Source: Anaerolineales bacterium
GTDB lineage: Bacteria > Chloroflexota > Anaerolineae > Anaerolineales > UBA4823
Assembly: GCA_049287485.1 (NCBI GenBank)
Contig: JBAQFX010000232.1
Coordinates: 2,918-66,917, forward strand
Length of the DNA: 64,000 nucleotides
Reading direction: 5' to 3'
A program made the translations under genes and the position numbers. Numbering within the stretch: position 1 is the stretch's first letter; each line of letters opens with the position of its first letter. Shown here piece by piece: positions 18,447 to 27,802 of this stretch. The notes below the pieces were generated by a model. That model worked only from the letters and a program-made list of their open reading frames with translations, searched no databases and was not told where the DNA came from.

Positions 18447-18944
18447 CTACACCACGCTGAGCATGGTTTCCTTCTGCTCCACCCGGTCGCCCACCTTCAC
18501 CCTCACCCTCGTCACCTTGCCATCGCGGGGTGAACGGAGCTCATTCTGCATCTTCATCGACTCCAACACCAGCAGCACCTCGCCTTTCGTAATTTCCTGC
18601 CCGTCTTTGACCGGTACGGAGATCACCATGCCCGGCATGGGCGCTTTGAGGTAAAAGTCGGCATTCTCCGCCACCCGGCCGGCCAGGGAGGCGCGCAGGC
18701 GTTTCTCACGCTCGTCTTCCACGCAGGCACTGAACAGGGCGCCGCGAAATAATACCTGCCAGGTATCTTCGCTGGGGTACACGTGTGCTTCCACCGACGT
18801 CCCATTCATCACCAGCGAATAAACCGGCTGGTCACCCACGGGCATGAAGTCGATCTCATACATCACCCCATCCACGCTCACATGGTGCTCGTCGAGGATG
18901 TCAACAATGTATTCATGGTCTTTGATGGTGGTCACGTATTTCAT
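18447..18944 (-). CDS. biotin carboxyl carrier / biotinyl-domain subunit of acyl-CoA carboxylase
   Basis: C-terminal ESMKMQNE biotinyl-lysine motif. ATG 18944 lies 2 nt after the accC stop. Confidence 0.75.
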   Translation of the reverse strand: MKYVTTIKDHEYIVDILDEHHVSVDGVMYEIDFMPVGDQPVYSLVMNGTSVEAHVYPSEDTWQVLFRGALFSACVEDEREKRLRASLAGRVAENADFYLKAPMPGMVISVPVKDGQEITKGEVLLVLESMKMQNELRSPRDGKVTRVRVKVGDRVEQKETMLSVV

Positions 18945-18946
18945 GG

Positions 18947-20461
18947 CTATTTCCTCAAGCTTTCCCAGCGGCTTAGCCACTTCCAATTGCTGGTGTCGCG
19001 CTCATTGCGCTGGATGACGTGGGCAGCCAGCTCGGTTTCGCGGTGAGCCACCAGCGTGGCCAGGATGGCGGCAATTTCAGGGTGCGATTCTTTGCCTTCT
19101 TCCGCTTCCTCGATGGAAAAACGTTCCTCCACAAAGCGGGTGTCGTATTTCCCAGCCATGAAGCGGTGCGAATCCATCAGGCGCTGGTGGAAGGGGATGT
19201 TGCTGTGCACCCCCAGGATCTTATATTCCTCCAGGGCACGCCGCATGCGCAGAATAGCCTCACCACGCGTATCACCCCACACGATCAATTTCGAGATGAG
19301 CGAATCATAATAAGGCGAAATTTCGAAGCCGATGTATACCCCCGTATCCACCCGCACGCCGGGCCCGGTTGGCAGCAGAGTGTGGGTGATACGCCCGGTG
19401 GAGGGGATGAAATTATTATAGGGGTCTTCCGCGTTGATGCGGCATTCAATCGCCCAACCGTTGGCGTGGATATCCTCCTGCTTATAGCGCAGGCAGCGCC
19501 CGCGCGCAATGCGGATCTGTTCTTTGACGATGTCGATGCCGGTGACCATCTCGGTGACCGGGTGCTCAACCTGCAGGCGGGTGTTCATCTCCAAAAAGTA
19601 GAAGTTTTTATCCTTATCCACCAGGAACTCGATGGTGCCGGCATTGACATAGTTGACCGCCTGGGCGGCCCTGACGGCTACCGCCCCAATCCGCTGGCGA
19701 AAATCATCATCCTCGCCCACGAACGGAGAAGGCGATTCCTCCAGCAGTTTCTGGTGCCGGCGCTGGATGGAACATTCGCGCTCGCCCAGGTGGATGACAT
19801 TATCTTGATCGTCTGCCAGGATCTGGAATTCGATGTGCCGCGCTCCTTCCACCAGCTTCTCCAGGTAGACGTTGCCATCGCCGAAGGAGGCTTCAGCCTC
19901 ACGCCGGGCGGCATTGAGCAGGGCGGGCATGTCTTCCAGGTTGTTGACCTCGCGCATCCCCTTGCCACCACCTCCGGCGGTGGCTTTCACCAGCAAGGGG
20001 AAACCAATGGTAGGCGCTACAGCCAGCAATTCCTCATCCCGCAGGGAGCCCTCCCCCTCCGTGCCCGGCACCACCTGCACACCGGCGCGGGAGACGGTGC
20101 CGCGTGCGACGGCTTTATCTCCCATGGCGGCGATGGAGGATGGGTTGGGCCCAATGAATGCCAGACCGGCTTCACGGCAGGCTTCGGCAAAATCAGCCCG
20201 CTCTGCCAGGAAACCATAGCCTGGGTGAATCGCCCCCGCCCCACATTTACGGGCAATGTCGATGATCTTATCGGCTCGCAGGTACGAATCGCGCGAAGGA
20301 GCCGGACCCAACCGGTAGGCTTCGTCAGCATAGCGGACATGCAAGGCCTGGCGATCGACATCTGAATAGACGGCTACGGTGAGCAGCCCCAGCTCGCGAC
20401 ACGCCCGGATGATGCGAACGGCGATCTCCCCACGGTTGGCAATCAGTACCTTATTAAACAT
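18947..20461 (-). CDS. accC: acetyl/propionyl-CoA carboxylase, biotin carboxylase subunit
   Basis: MFNKVLIANRGEIAVRIIRACRELG, ATP-grasp GGGGKGM, EMNTRLQVEHPVTE. Confidence 0.9.
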   Translation of the reverse strand: MFNKVLIANRGEIAVRIIRACRELGLLTVAVYSDVDRQALHVRYADEAYRLGPAPSRDSYLRADKIIDIARKCGAGAIHPGYGFLAERADFAEACREAGLAFIGPNPSSIAAMGDKAVARGTVSRAGVQVVPGTEGEGSLRDEELLAVAPTIGFPLLVKATAGGGGKGMREVNNLEDMPALLNAARREAEASFGDGNVYLEKLVEGARHIEFQILADDQDNVIHLGERECSIQRRHQKLLEESPSPFVGEDDDFRQRIGAVAVRAAQAVNYVNAGTIEFLVDKDKNFYFLEMNTRLQVEHPVTEMVTGIDIVKEQIRIARGRCLRYKQEDIHANGWAIECRINAEDPYNNFIPSTGRITHTLLPTGPGVRVDTGVYIGFEISPYYDSLISKLIVWGDTRGEAILRMRRALEEYKILGVHSNIPFHQRLMDSHRFMAGKYDTRFVEERFSIEEAEEGKESHPEIAAILATLVAHRETELAAHVIQRNERDTSNWKWLSRWESLRK

Positions 20462-20515
20462 AGAAGCGCTCCATTTTCATGGTCAATGACGCTGAGTGTA
20501 TTTTACTATTGCCTG

Positions 20516-20586
20516 GTAATTACACACACCCCCACCCCTTCTCCACGATCACTGCAAGGCGGATAAGATATTGGGTAATGGGTGGG
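20516..20586 (+). repeat. dispersed intergenic repeat family, copy C (diverged)
   Basis: GTAATTACACACACCCCCACCCCTTCTCC ... GGGTAATGGGTGGG. Confidence 0.45.
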
Positions 20587-20589
20587 TCA

Positions 20590-21336
20590 TTACACTGCAT
20601 GAGCCTCCAAAAATTGTAATAACCTTTCATTGAACAGGCTGGCATGTTCCTGGGGCAGCATATGATTGGCTTTGGGCACCAGCCATAACTCAGACCCGGC
20701 AATTTTACCCGCAATATCCCGAGCGTGCTGGGGGGAGGCGTGTTCATCCTCTTCACCCTGCACAACCAGCGTCGGGCACCTGAGCTGAGTTAACAGCGGG
20801 CGCATATCCCAGCTGAGTGATTTTGCCTGATACCAGCCATCAAACCAGTGATGGAATACGGCTTCATATTTCTCTCCATGGGCGGTTTTCAAGCCCATCC
20901 TGAAGCGCTTATCCGTCTCGAAGGCCTGCCGGATGCCCAGGATGCCCGGCTGCATCTTCGATTCAACGTAAATGTGGGCGCCTACCGTCACCAGGCTGCT
21001 CACCAGGTCAGGGTGTCTGGCTGCCATATACAGGGCGATGGTGCCACCATCACTGTGACCCACCAATGTCGCCTGCCTGATTCCCAATTGCTCCAACAGG
21101 TTCAGCAGGTCGTTCTGGTCGGAATTGAAAGCTGGCACTTCCAGAGAAGGGCGTGGGTCAGACCCGCCATAGCCCCAGCGATCATAGGCAATCACGCGAT
21201 AGCCCGCTTCAGCCAATGCCGGGGTTTGCTGATGCCAGGCCCTGACCGATCCCAATCCATGGTGCAGCAGCACCACAACTGACCCATGGTCTGGCCCGGA
21301 TTGTTCAAGGTTAAGGTTATGCCCATTGATCAACAT
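20590..21336 (-). CDS. alpha/beta hydrolase
   Basis: LVGHSDGG nucleophile elbow (GxSxG); 248 aa. Confidence 0.75.
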   Translation of the reverse strand: MLINGHNLNLEQSGPDHGSVVVLLHHGLGSVRAWHQQTPALAEAGYRVIAYDRWGYGGSDPRPSLEVPAFNSDQNDLLNLLEQLGIRQATLVGHSDGGTIALYMAARHPDLVSSLVTVGAHIYVESKMQPGILGIRQAFETDKRFRMGLKTAHGEKYEAVFHHWFDGWYQAKSLSWDMRPLLTQLRCPTLVVQGEEDEHASPQHARDIAGKIAGSELWLVPKANHMLPQEHASLFNERLLQFLEAHAV

Positions 21337-21376
21337 GCTCTAGATACCACCAGCAATTCGTTCTCAGGCTATATGC

Positions 21377-22165
21377 TCACGAGAACAGGTCACGCTTCTT
21401 GAACGGCGCAGTGAGGAATTTCAGCATCATCCTGGTCGAGGATGAAAAAGCAATTGTCACCCCGTTCTTTTCGTTTCTCAAGATTTTGTCTGCCAGCACC
21501 GGAGCCACCGTCTCAGGTCTTTCGGCGATGATGTTCAGGATGGGCTTGGATTTTTCCAGCTCTTGCTCCCGGCCTTCGAATTGGCGGGTGATCATCTCGG
21601 TGATGACCATGCCCGGGGAAATGGCTCCCGTAATCACGGGCGTACCCTGGGTCTCCTGCGCCAATGACTGGTCGATGAAGTGGATCGCGGCTTTGGTGCT
21701 GCCATACAGGGCCATGCCCTGCATGCTGCGTCCGCGGGCTCCGAAGCCTTCCATGTTATACAGCGCTCCGAAACCCTGGGCGATCATCCCGCTCAACGCC
21801 ACCTGGGTTCCGTACATCGTGCCAAGAAAGTTGGTTTTGACTACATTCTTGTACTGCTTAGCTGAAACTTCCCAAAACTTCATCATAGGGATGGCCATTC
21901 CGGCATTGTTGATCCAGATATCTACCCTACCAAAATGCCCCATAGAAGCCTGCCACAGCTGCTGGACCTGTGAATAGTCGGTTACATCGCAGGCATAAGC
22001 GAAGATGAGCTCGACGGGAAAGTTACTCAGCCTGGCCAGCGCTTCATCCACCGACTCGGCGGAGCGCCCGTTGATGGTAAGTGCGCAATCCCGTTCCAGG
22101 AATGCCTTTGCCAGGGCATACCCGATCCCACGTGTGCTGCCGGTGATGACGATGGATTTTCTCAT
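21377..22165 (-). CDS. SDR family oxidoreductase
   Basis: [13 protein letters not shown] (TGxxxGxG) and YGSTK (YxxxK). ATGA overlap with the upstream carboxyltransferase gene. Confidence 0.8.
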   Translation of the reverse strand: MRKSIVITGSTRGIGYALAKAFLERDCALTINGRSAESVDEALARLSNFPVELIFAYACDVTDYSQVQQLWQASMGHFGRVDIWINNAGMAIPMMKFWEVSAKQYKNVVKTNFLGTMYGTQVALSGMIAQGFGALYNMEGFGARGRSMQGMALYGSTKAAIHFIDQSLAQETQGTPVITGAISPGMVITEMITRQFEGREQELEKSKPILNIIAERPETVAPVLADKILRNEKNGVTIAFSSSTRMMLKFLTAPFKKRDLFS

Positions 22166-23712
22166 AAGGGGATGCAGCCATGTTTCTTGGGTGGGTTCGA
22201 ATCACGCTTATTGGAAAGCATTTCCAGGGCATTGATCAGGCGTGGCCGTGTCTCCCAGGGCTCGATGATATCATCGATGTAACCGCGCGAGGCGGCGATG
22301 TACGGGTTGGCGAACTTCTCGCGGTAATCCGCCTCCAGCTCATTCCGCTTCGCTTGCGAGTCATCAGCCTGGCTGATTTCCTTGCGGAAGATGATGTTCA
22401 CCGCTCCATCCGGGCCCATCACCGCAATCTCCGCCGAGGGCCAGGCCAGGTTCACATCACCGCGCACATGTTTGCTGCTCATCACGTCGTATGCACCCCC
22501 ATACGCCTTGCGGGTGATCACGGTGATTTTAGGCACCGTGGCTTCACAATAGGCATATAACAATTTAGAGCCCGAGCGAATGATGCCACCATGTTCCTGG
22601 TCTGTACCGGGTAGGAAACCGGGCACATCCACGAAAGTGATGATGGGAATGTTAAATGCATCACAGAAGCGCACAAAGCGAGCGGCCTTCTCGGATGAAT
22701 TAATATCCAGGACCCCCGCTAATATTGCAGGCTGGTTTGCCACGATCCCCACACTATGACCCCCAAGACGCGCAAACCCGATCACAATATTCTGTGCATA
22801 GGCCTCCTGTATCTCGAAAAAGATGTTCCCATCCACGATCATGCGGACGGCATCCTTGATATCATACGGCTTGCTTGGGTCTGTTGGGATGATCGTGTTC
22901 AAACCGTCTTCCATGCGCAATGGGTCATCATCGATGCTCATAAAAGGTGGGTCTTCCATGTTGTTCTGCGGGATGTATGAGAGCAGTTTGCGGATTAAGT
23001 ACAGTGCATCTGCCTCCGAATCTGCCGCCAGATGACATACTCCCGAAACTTCGGAATGGACATCCGCCCCACCTAATTCTTCAAAAGTAACCTCCTCATG
23101 AGTCACGGTCTTGACCACATCCGGCCCGGTGATGAACATATAGGATGATTTCCGCACCATGATGATGAAGTCGGTGAGGGCAGGAGAATAGACCGCCCCA
23201 CCCGCACAGGGACCCATGATCACGCTGATCTGTGGGATTACCCCTGAGACCAGGGTGTTGCGCAGGAAGATATCCGCATACCCTCCCAGAGAAACCACTC
23301 CCTCCTGGATGCGCGCCCCACCTGAATCATTCAAGCCAATCACCGGGGCGCCATTTTTCAACGCCATGTCCATGACCTTGCACACTTTCTCCGCATGCAC
23401 CTCCCCCAGGCTACCCCCAAACACGGTGAAATCTTGCGAAAAGATATACACCAGCCTGCCCTCGATGGTGCCCCAACCGGTGACCACGCTATCCCCCAGA
23501 TACTTCTGCTGGTCGAGGTTGAAGTCCGTCGTACGGTGGGTCACAAATGGGTCCACTTCACGAAATGAGCCTTTGTCCAACAGTAGATCAATGCGCTCAC
23601 GTGCGGTCAGGCGGCCGCGTGCATGTTGGGCATCGATCCGCTCAACCCCTCCGCCAAGTCGTCCGCTGGCTTTTGTCTCTCGCAGGCGTGTTATTTTTGG
23701 ATCATCCGTCAT
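22162..23712 (-). CDS. acyl-CoA carboxylase carboxyltransferase subunit (propionyl-CoA carboxylase beta / methylmalonyl-CoA carboxyltransferase family)
   Basis: [24 protein letters not shown] and [15 protein letters not shown] motifs. GGTGGAG RBS lies 6 nt before ATG 23712. Confidence 0.85.
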   Translation of the reverse strand: MTDDPKITRLRETKASGRLGGGVERIDAQHARGRLTARERIDLLLDKGSFREVDPFVTHRTTDFNLDQQKYLGDSVVTGWGTIEGRLVYIFSQDFTVFGGSLGEVHAEKVCKVMDMALKNGAPVIGLNDSGGARIQEGVVSLGGYADIFLRNTLVSGVIPQISVIMGPCAGGAVYSPALTDFIIMVRKSSYMFITGPDVVKTVTHEEVTFEELGGADVHSEVSGVCHLAADSEADALYLIRKLLSYIPQNNMEDPPFMSIDDDPLRMEDGLNTIIPTDPSKPYDIKDAVRMIVDGNIFFEIQEAYAQNIVIGFARLGGHSVGIVANQPAILAGVLDINSSEKAARFVRFCDAFNIPIITFVDVPGFLPGTDQEHGGIIRSGSKLLYAYCEATVPKITVITRKAYGGAYDVMSSKHVRGDVNLAWPSAEIAVMGPDGAVNIIFRKEISQADDSQAKRNELEADYREKFANPYIAASRGYIDDIIEPWETRPRLINALEMLSNKRDSNPPKKHGCIPL

Positions 23713-23754
23713 AATCATCTCCACCGCACCCAGAAGTATTCTTCGGGTGCTAAA

Positions 23755-24318
23755 TTATTCGCTTCTGTCCAGCGAACTGGTCGTTCCTGAGCCATCATTT
23801 GCCTGGTCTTGTCCGTGTTTAGAAGAATCCAGGCTAAAAAATGTTTTTACTTTCTTGCGTGACAGGGTCCAGGCCATGTAAGCCAGACACACCAGCGTTA
23901 CCCCGGCTGAAAATTGCCAGTTGACTGGTAATATTGCTTGTAACACACCAGAATTCACCCTCACCGGGTGATCCTTTAAAAATAATAGATCCAGCCAGTA
24001 ATACAACGCATAGGTGAGTGTCACGGCTTGCATCAGCCTGGGTGCCCAGTCTTTTGCTTTCCATAACCCAACAAACAAGCATATGCCCACCAAACCCCAG
24101 ACAAAACCACTGGTGGCAAGATAGAGTGGGGATACACCCGGCTGAGAGGCGAGGAAATGCCAATCCGTGAGGCTTAACCCAAAACGTATGAGGTTGATAA
24201 CTGTGAACATTAACACCCCCAGCGCTAATATGGTTACGCTATGAGGCCGTTTGATCACAGGCGTGTCTGTAGCTACCTTTGGATCCTGTGGATGAATAGA
24301 TGAGGGCTTATTTTCCAT
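23755..24318 (-). CDS. hypothetical integral membrane protein
   Basis: 187 aa with several hydrophobic helices. No family recognised. Confidence 0.5.
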   Translation of the reverse strand: MENKPSSIHPQDPKVATDTPVIKRPHSVTILALGVLMFTVINLIRFGLSLTDWHFLASQPGVSPLYLATSGFVWGLVGICLFVGLWKAKDWAPRLMQAVTLTYALYYWLDLLFLKDHPVRVNSGVLQAILPVNWQFSAGVTLVCLAYMAWTLSRKKVKTFFSLDSSKHGQDQANDGSGTTSSLDRSE

Positions 24319-24339
24319 AGATGCTCAATAATACACCTT

Positions 24340-25371
24340 TTACTTGATGGTCAGGGTTATCTTGCCCAGCTGCTCACCCTGCTCGAGGCGTTCTTGCGCC
24401 AGAGGCGCCTCTTCCAATGGGTAATCCCTGTCCAACACTGGCTTCAGTTTACCTTCGAAGACGAGGCTCATCACGGTGGCAAAATCTGCGCGGGTACCCA
24501 TGCTGGATCCGATGATGGACAGGTGCCTGCCAAAGATAAATCGGTTATCAATCTCAAACTTCGGCCCCCCAGAATTACCCACCGTCAGGATGCGCCCGCC
24601 TTTGGCGGCGGCGCGAAAGCTTGAGGGAAACGTGGTGCCGACGTTATCCACGATTACATCAAACCCACGCTTACCCGTTAATCCATAAACCGTTTTGGCC
24701 CAATTTTCTTCCTTCGAACGGTTAATCAGGAAATCTGCGCCCAGCGATTCGGCCAGTTTAAGCTTCTTGGAATCAGAGCCAACCACATAGACCGTTGCTC
24801 CGGCCAGCTTGGCAATCTGGAGGCTGGCAGTGTTCACCCCGCCTGAAGCCCCAACCACCAGCACACTTTCTCCTGCTCGCAATTCACCCCGCACGATCAG
24901 CGAGTGCCAGGCAGTGTGAAAAACCAACGCCGCGGCAGCCGCCTTGCGTGCCTCAAATCCGTCCGGGATCAGCAGGATGTTGGTTGCCGGGATAACCACG
25001 TATTGTGCATAGGTTCCACGTACGGTTTCTCCTAACAAATGCCAGGTACGGCAACGATTATCCTGCCCGGCAATACAGGCGGGGCAGTGACCACAACCCA
25101 GGTTGGAGTTGATCACCACCCTGTCACCGATATTCCACCCAGACACACAGGCACCCAACCCGGCTACCGTTCCTGCCCCATCGCAGCCAGGGATGTGTGG
25201 GTATTCGAGCTTGATTCCCGGCCAGCCATTACGGGTCCATAAATCTACACGGTTGAGCGCAGCCACTTCAAGTTTAACCAGCACCTCTCCCTCTCCTGGT
25301 TCAGGTGTGGGGAAGTCGGTGTATTGCAAGACATCGGTATTGCCGTGGTTATGAAACAAAACAGTTTTCAT
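24340..25371 (-). CDS. zinc-binding medium-chain dehydrogenase/reductase (alcohol dehydrogenase family)
   Basis: PGCDGAG catalytic region, CGHCPACIAGQDNRC structural-zinc loop, VVGASGGV NAD(P) motif. Confidence 0.8.
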   Translation of the reverse strand: MKTVLFHNHGNTDVLQYTDFPTPEPGEGEVLVKLEVAALNRVDLWTRNGWPGIKLEYPHIPGCDGAGTVAGLGACVSGWNIGDRVVINSNLGCGHCPACIAGQDNRCRTWHLLGETVRGTYAQYVVIPATNILLIPDGFEARKAAAAALVFHTAWHSLIVRGELRAGESVLVVGASGGVNTASLQIAKLAGATVYVVGSDSKKLKLAESLGADFLINRSKEENWAKTVYGLTGKRGFDVIVDNVGTTFPSSFRAAAKGGRILTVGNSGGPKFEIDNRFIFGRHLSIIGSSMGTRADFATVMSLVFEGKLKPVLDRDYPLEEAPLAQERLEQGEQLGKITLTIK

Positions 25372-26374
25372 AGCTAATATCCTTCACTTGATGATCCATT
25401 CCCGATTGCAGCAGGATGAGGGCCAGGTGTAAAGCTACCAGACCATCTTCACCGCTGACCGGAGCTGGGGTACCCTCCCGCACAGCCTTGATAAATGCTT
25501 CCAACTCGGCTTTAAGTGGCTCAAAGCGTGGGAAAACATAGCGCACCATCGAACCTTCACGCACCCCGCGTAATGTTTGCATTTCCGGCCATAACACAGT
25601 ATCAACCCCGGCATTCTCATAAAAATACAGGTCCTGGGTCAAATCATCCACCCTGAACAGGCCACGCTCTCCCAATACAGTCAGCTCGCGCACCTTGGTA
25701 GGGGTTAGCCAGTTTATTTCCAACGAGGCATTGATATTGTCAGGGAAGCGTAATAAGCACAAGAGCAGGTCTTCGTGATCGGTGTGCAGGCGTTTTTCCA
25801 CTTCAGCGTACAGCCTGTTCGGATTCAGGCCGGTGATAAAGCGCATCAGGTCCAGGTCATGCGGGGCAAGATCCACCGCTACCCCCACGTCCTGGATGCG
25901 GGTTGGGAACGGTCCCGTACGCCGGGCACACATCTGGAAGATCCGCCCGAGCTGCCCACTTTCCAGGCGTTGTTTAAGCTGCTGGACTGCCGGGTTAAAC
26001 CTCAGGATATGCCCCACCATCAGCATACGCTTGCAATCTCGCGCCGTAGCGATCATACGTTGCCCTGCCTCGATGGTATTGGCGATCGGTTTTTCCACCA
26101 GGATGTGCGCACCCATCTCGAGGGCTGTCACAGCCACCTCTTCATGATATGCGGTTGGCACTGCCACCGAAACCGCCTCTGGTTTCTCTTTTGATAGCAT
26201 CTGTCGGTAATCCTGGTAGGCTCGTCCACCCCAGCGCCTGGCAACAGCCTGCGCAGTCGGAAAATCCTGGTCGGCCACCGCCACGAATTGCGTCTCCGGC
26301 AAGTCACTCATCACCCGGGCGTGGTTACTCCCGATAGCACCCACACCGATTACTGCTGTTTTCAACATCGTCAT
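25349..26374 (-). CDS. Gfo/Idh/MocA family oxidoreductase (sugar-nucleotide dehydrogenase-like)
   Basis: TAVIGVGAIGSNHARV Rossmann N-terminus and the LVEKP motif. Confidence 0.75.
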   Translation of the reverse strand: MTMLKTAVIGVGAIGSNHARVMSDLPETQFVAVADQDFPTAQAVARRWGGRAYQDYRQMLSKEKPEAVSVAVPTAYHEEVAVTALEMGAHILVEKPIANTIEAGQRMIATARDCKRMLMVGHILRFNPAVQQLKQRLESGQLGRIFQMCARRTGPFPTRIQDVGVAVDLAPHDLDLMRFITGLNPNRLYAEVEKRLHTDHEDLLLCLLRFPDNINASLEINWLTPTKVRELTVLGERGLFRVDDLTQDLYFYENAGVDTVLWPEMQTLRGVREGSMVRYVFPRFEPLKAELEAFIKAVREGTPAPVSGEDGLVALHLALILLQSGMDHQVKDISYENCFVS

Positions 26375-26425
26375 TTTAGAATATCCTCATCCGTACATAA
26401 ATATCCTCAGAGCATGATAAAAAGA

Positions 26426-27046
26426 TCACCTGATCTGATCCCAGTCGGTTAAAGGAATGGAGCTGGTGCGCCCACAAGCAATACATTGGGCGAGGAGGTT
26501 CGCCTGATTACTCGGGTCGGGTTTGGCTTCCTTCACCGACAAACGCTGCCCGCACATGCACACGAAACCGCGCAACCAGGCCGGGTTGCCCCATACCAAC
26601 CCGTGAGCAGGGACGCTGGATGTTATGACGCTCCCCGCACCGACCAATGCCCATGCGCCAATCGTTACGCCACATAGGATGGTGCTATTGGCACCCAGGG
26701 AGGCTCCCTGGCAAATCCTGGTTCCCACCAGCACCCAATCGTCAGCTGCTTTGAGGCTGCCATCCGGGTTGATTGCTCGGGGTACGAGGTCATTGGTAAA
26801 GCACACGTGTGGTCCCACGAATACCCCATCTTCCAGAATAACGCCATGAAAAACGGAGGAATAGTTCTGGATCTTGACGTTATCGCCCACCATCACGCCT
26901 GTATCGATGTAAACCCCCTTGCCGATGATGCAGTTTTGGCCGATTTGCGCCCCTTCACGTATCTGGGCCTGGTGCCAGATCTTGCTACCCTCTCCGATCT
27001 GCGCCCTGGCAGACACCTCTGCGCTTGGATGAATATGTACTGTCAT
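26426..27046 (-). CDS. left-handed beta-helix (hexapeptide) acetyltransferase with a C-terminal Cys4 zinc-ribbon-like tail
   Basis: Hexapeptide repeats (IHPSAEVSARAQIGEGSKIWHQAQIREGAQIGQNCIIGKGVYI...). The tail reads CMCG-x23-CIACG. Confidence 0.7.
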   Translation of the reverse strand: MTVHIHPSAEVSARAQIGEGSKIWHQAQIREGAQIGQNCIIGKGVYIDTGVMVGDNVKIQNYSSVFHGVILEDGVFVGPHVCFTNDLVPRAINPDGSLKAADDWVLVGTRICQGASLGANSTILCGVTIGAWALVGAGSVITSSVPAHGLVWGNPAWLRGFVCMCGQRLSVKEAKPDPSNQANLLAQCIACGRTSSIPLTDWDQIR

Positions 27047-27073
27047 ACTCTTTCTCCTACGCACCTTCGTTGA

Positions 27074-27802
27074 TTATATTTGCTCACCCGCCACTCCCTC
27101 AGCCCCCAATCTGATCCACCGTAGCCAAAAACGCACCATGTCCCGCATGGTATAGAAGATGATTCCTCCCCGTATCCCGCTGGCGCGCCCCGCCTGGCGC
27201 GGGATATAGCGAATTTCCACTTCAACCAGGCGCTTGCCAAGCGCTTTGGCTTTGATCAATACTTCCGCCAGGAAGAAAGCGCTGTGCCAGTACTCGATCT
27301 TTATCTGGCGCAGCAAATCTAGCCGGTACATGCTAATGAATTGGAACTGGCGTTCCTTCATGCTAAACAGGAGTTGGATCAGGTGGATATTGATCCATGA
27401 AACCAGCTTGCGAAAGATTGAATAATCATCCCGGTTTGATCGCAAGCCTACCACCACGTCCGCTTCCACAGCAGCATCGATGTACAGGTGGATATCCGCC
27501 GGGTCCAGTGCCAGGTCGGCAGGGATGAGCAGCAGCCAGTCACCCTGGGCTTTCTCCACCGCTGTGCAAAAGCCCCCACCAATCCCCAGGTTTTGCGAAT
27601 GGTGCACCACTCGTACGCGTGGCTCCTGGCGAGCTATGCGCTCAGTCACCTCCCCGGTCTGGTCGAGGCTGGCGTCATCGACGATTAATATCTCAAAAGG
27701 CGTCCCGATTTTTTCCAGGGTTCGTATCAGTGTGCGCACACAAGCCTCCAGGTTATCTTGCTCGTTATACGCCGGGACGAAGACGGTCAGCAATGTGATC
27801 AT
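27074..27802 (-). CDS. glycosyltransferase family 2, polyprenol-phosphate sugar synthase-like
   Basis: VFVPAYNEQ, VDDASLDQT. 242 aa with no C-terminal TM helices. ATGA overlap with the upstream giant GT-C gene. Confidence 0.7.
   Translation of the reverse strand: MITLLTVFVPAYNEQDNLEACVRTLIRTLEKIGTPFEILIVDDASLDQTGEVTERIARQEPRVRVVHHSQNLGIGGGFCTAVEKAQGDWLLLIPADLALDPADIHLYIDAAVEADVVVGLRSNRDDYSIFRKLVSWINIHLIQLLFSMKERQFQFISMYRLDLLRQIKIEYWHSAFFLAEVLIKAKALGKRLVEVEIRYIPRQAGRASGIRGGIIFYTMRDMVRFWLRWIRLGAEGVAGEQI

Noticed and set aside
19019-20365. 448-aa plus-strand ORF antisense to accC. Similar long antisense ORFs occur at 35598..36560, 36684..37271, 17636..18049, 38150..38716, 39795..40235, 32586..33152 and 21399..21977.
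   Set aside because: They lie entirely inside well-supported genes on the other strand. They have Arg/Gly/Pro/His-rich low-complexity translations typical of shadow ORFs in GC-rich coding DNA, and they contain no motifs.
22193-22203. GGGTTCGAATC, a tRNA T-loop-like string.
   Set aside because: It lies inside the carboxyltransferase coding sequence. The flanks cannot form a T-stem or an acceptor stem.
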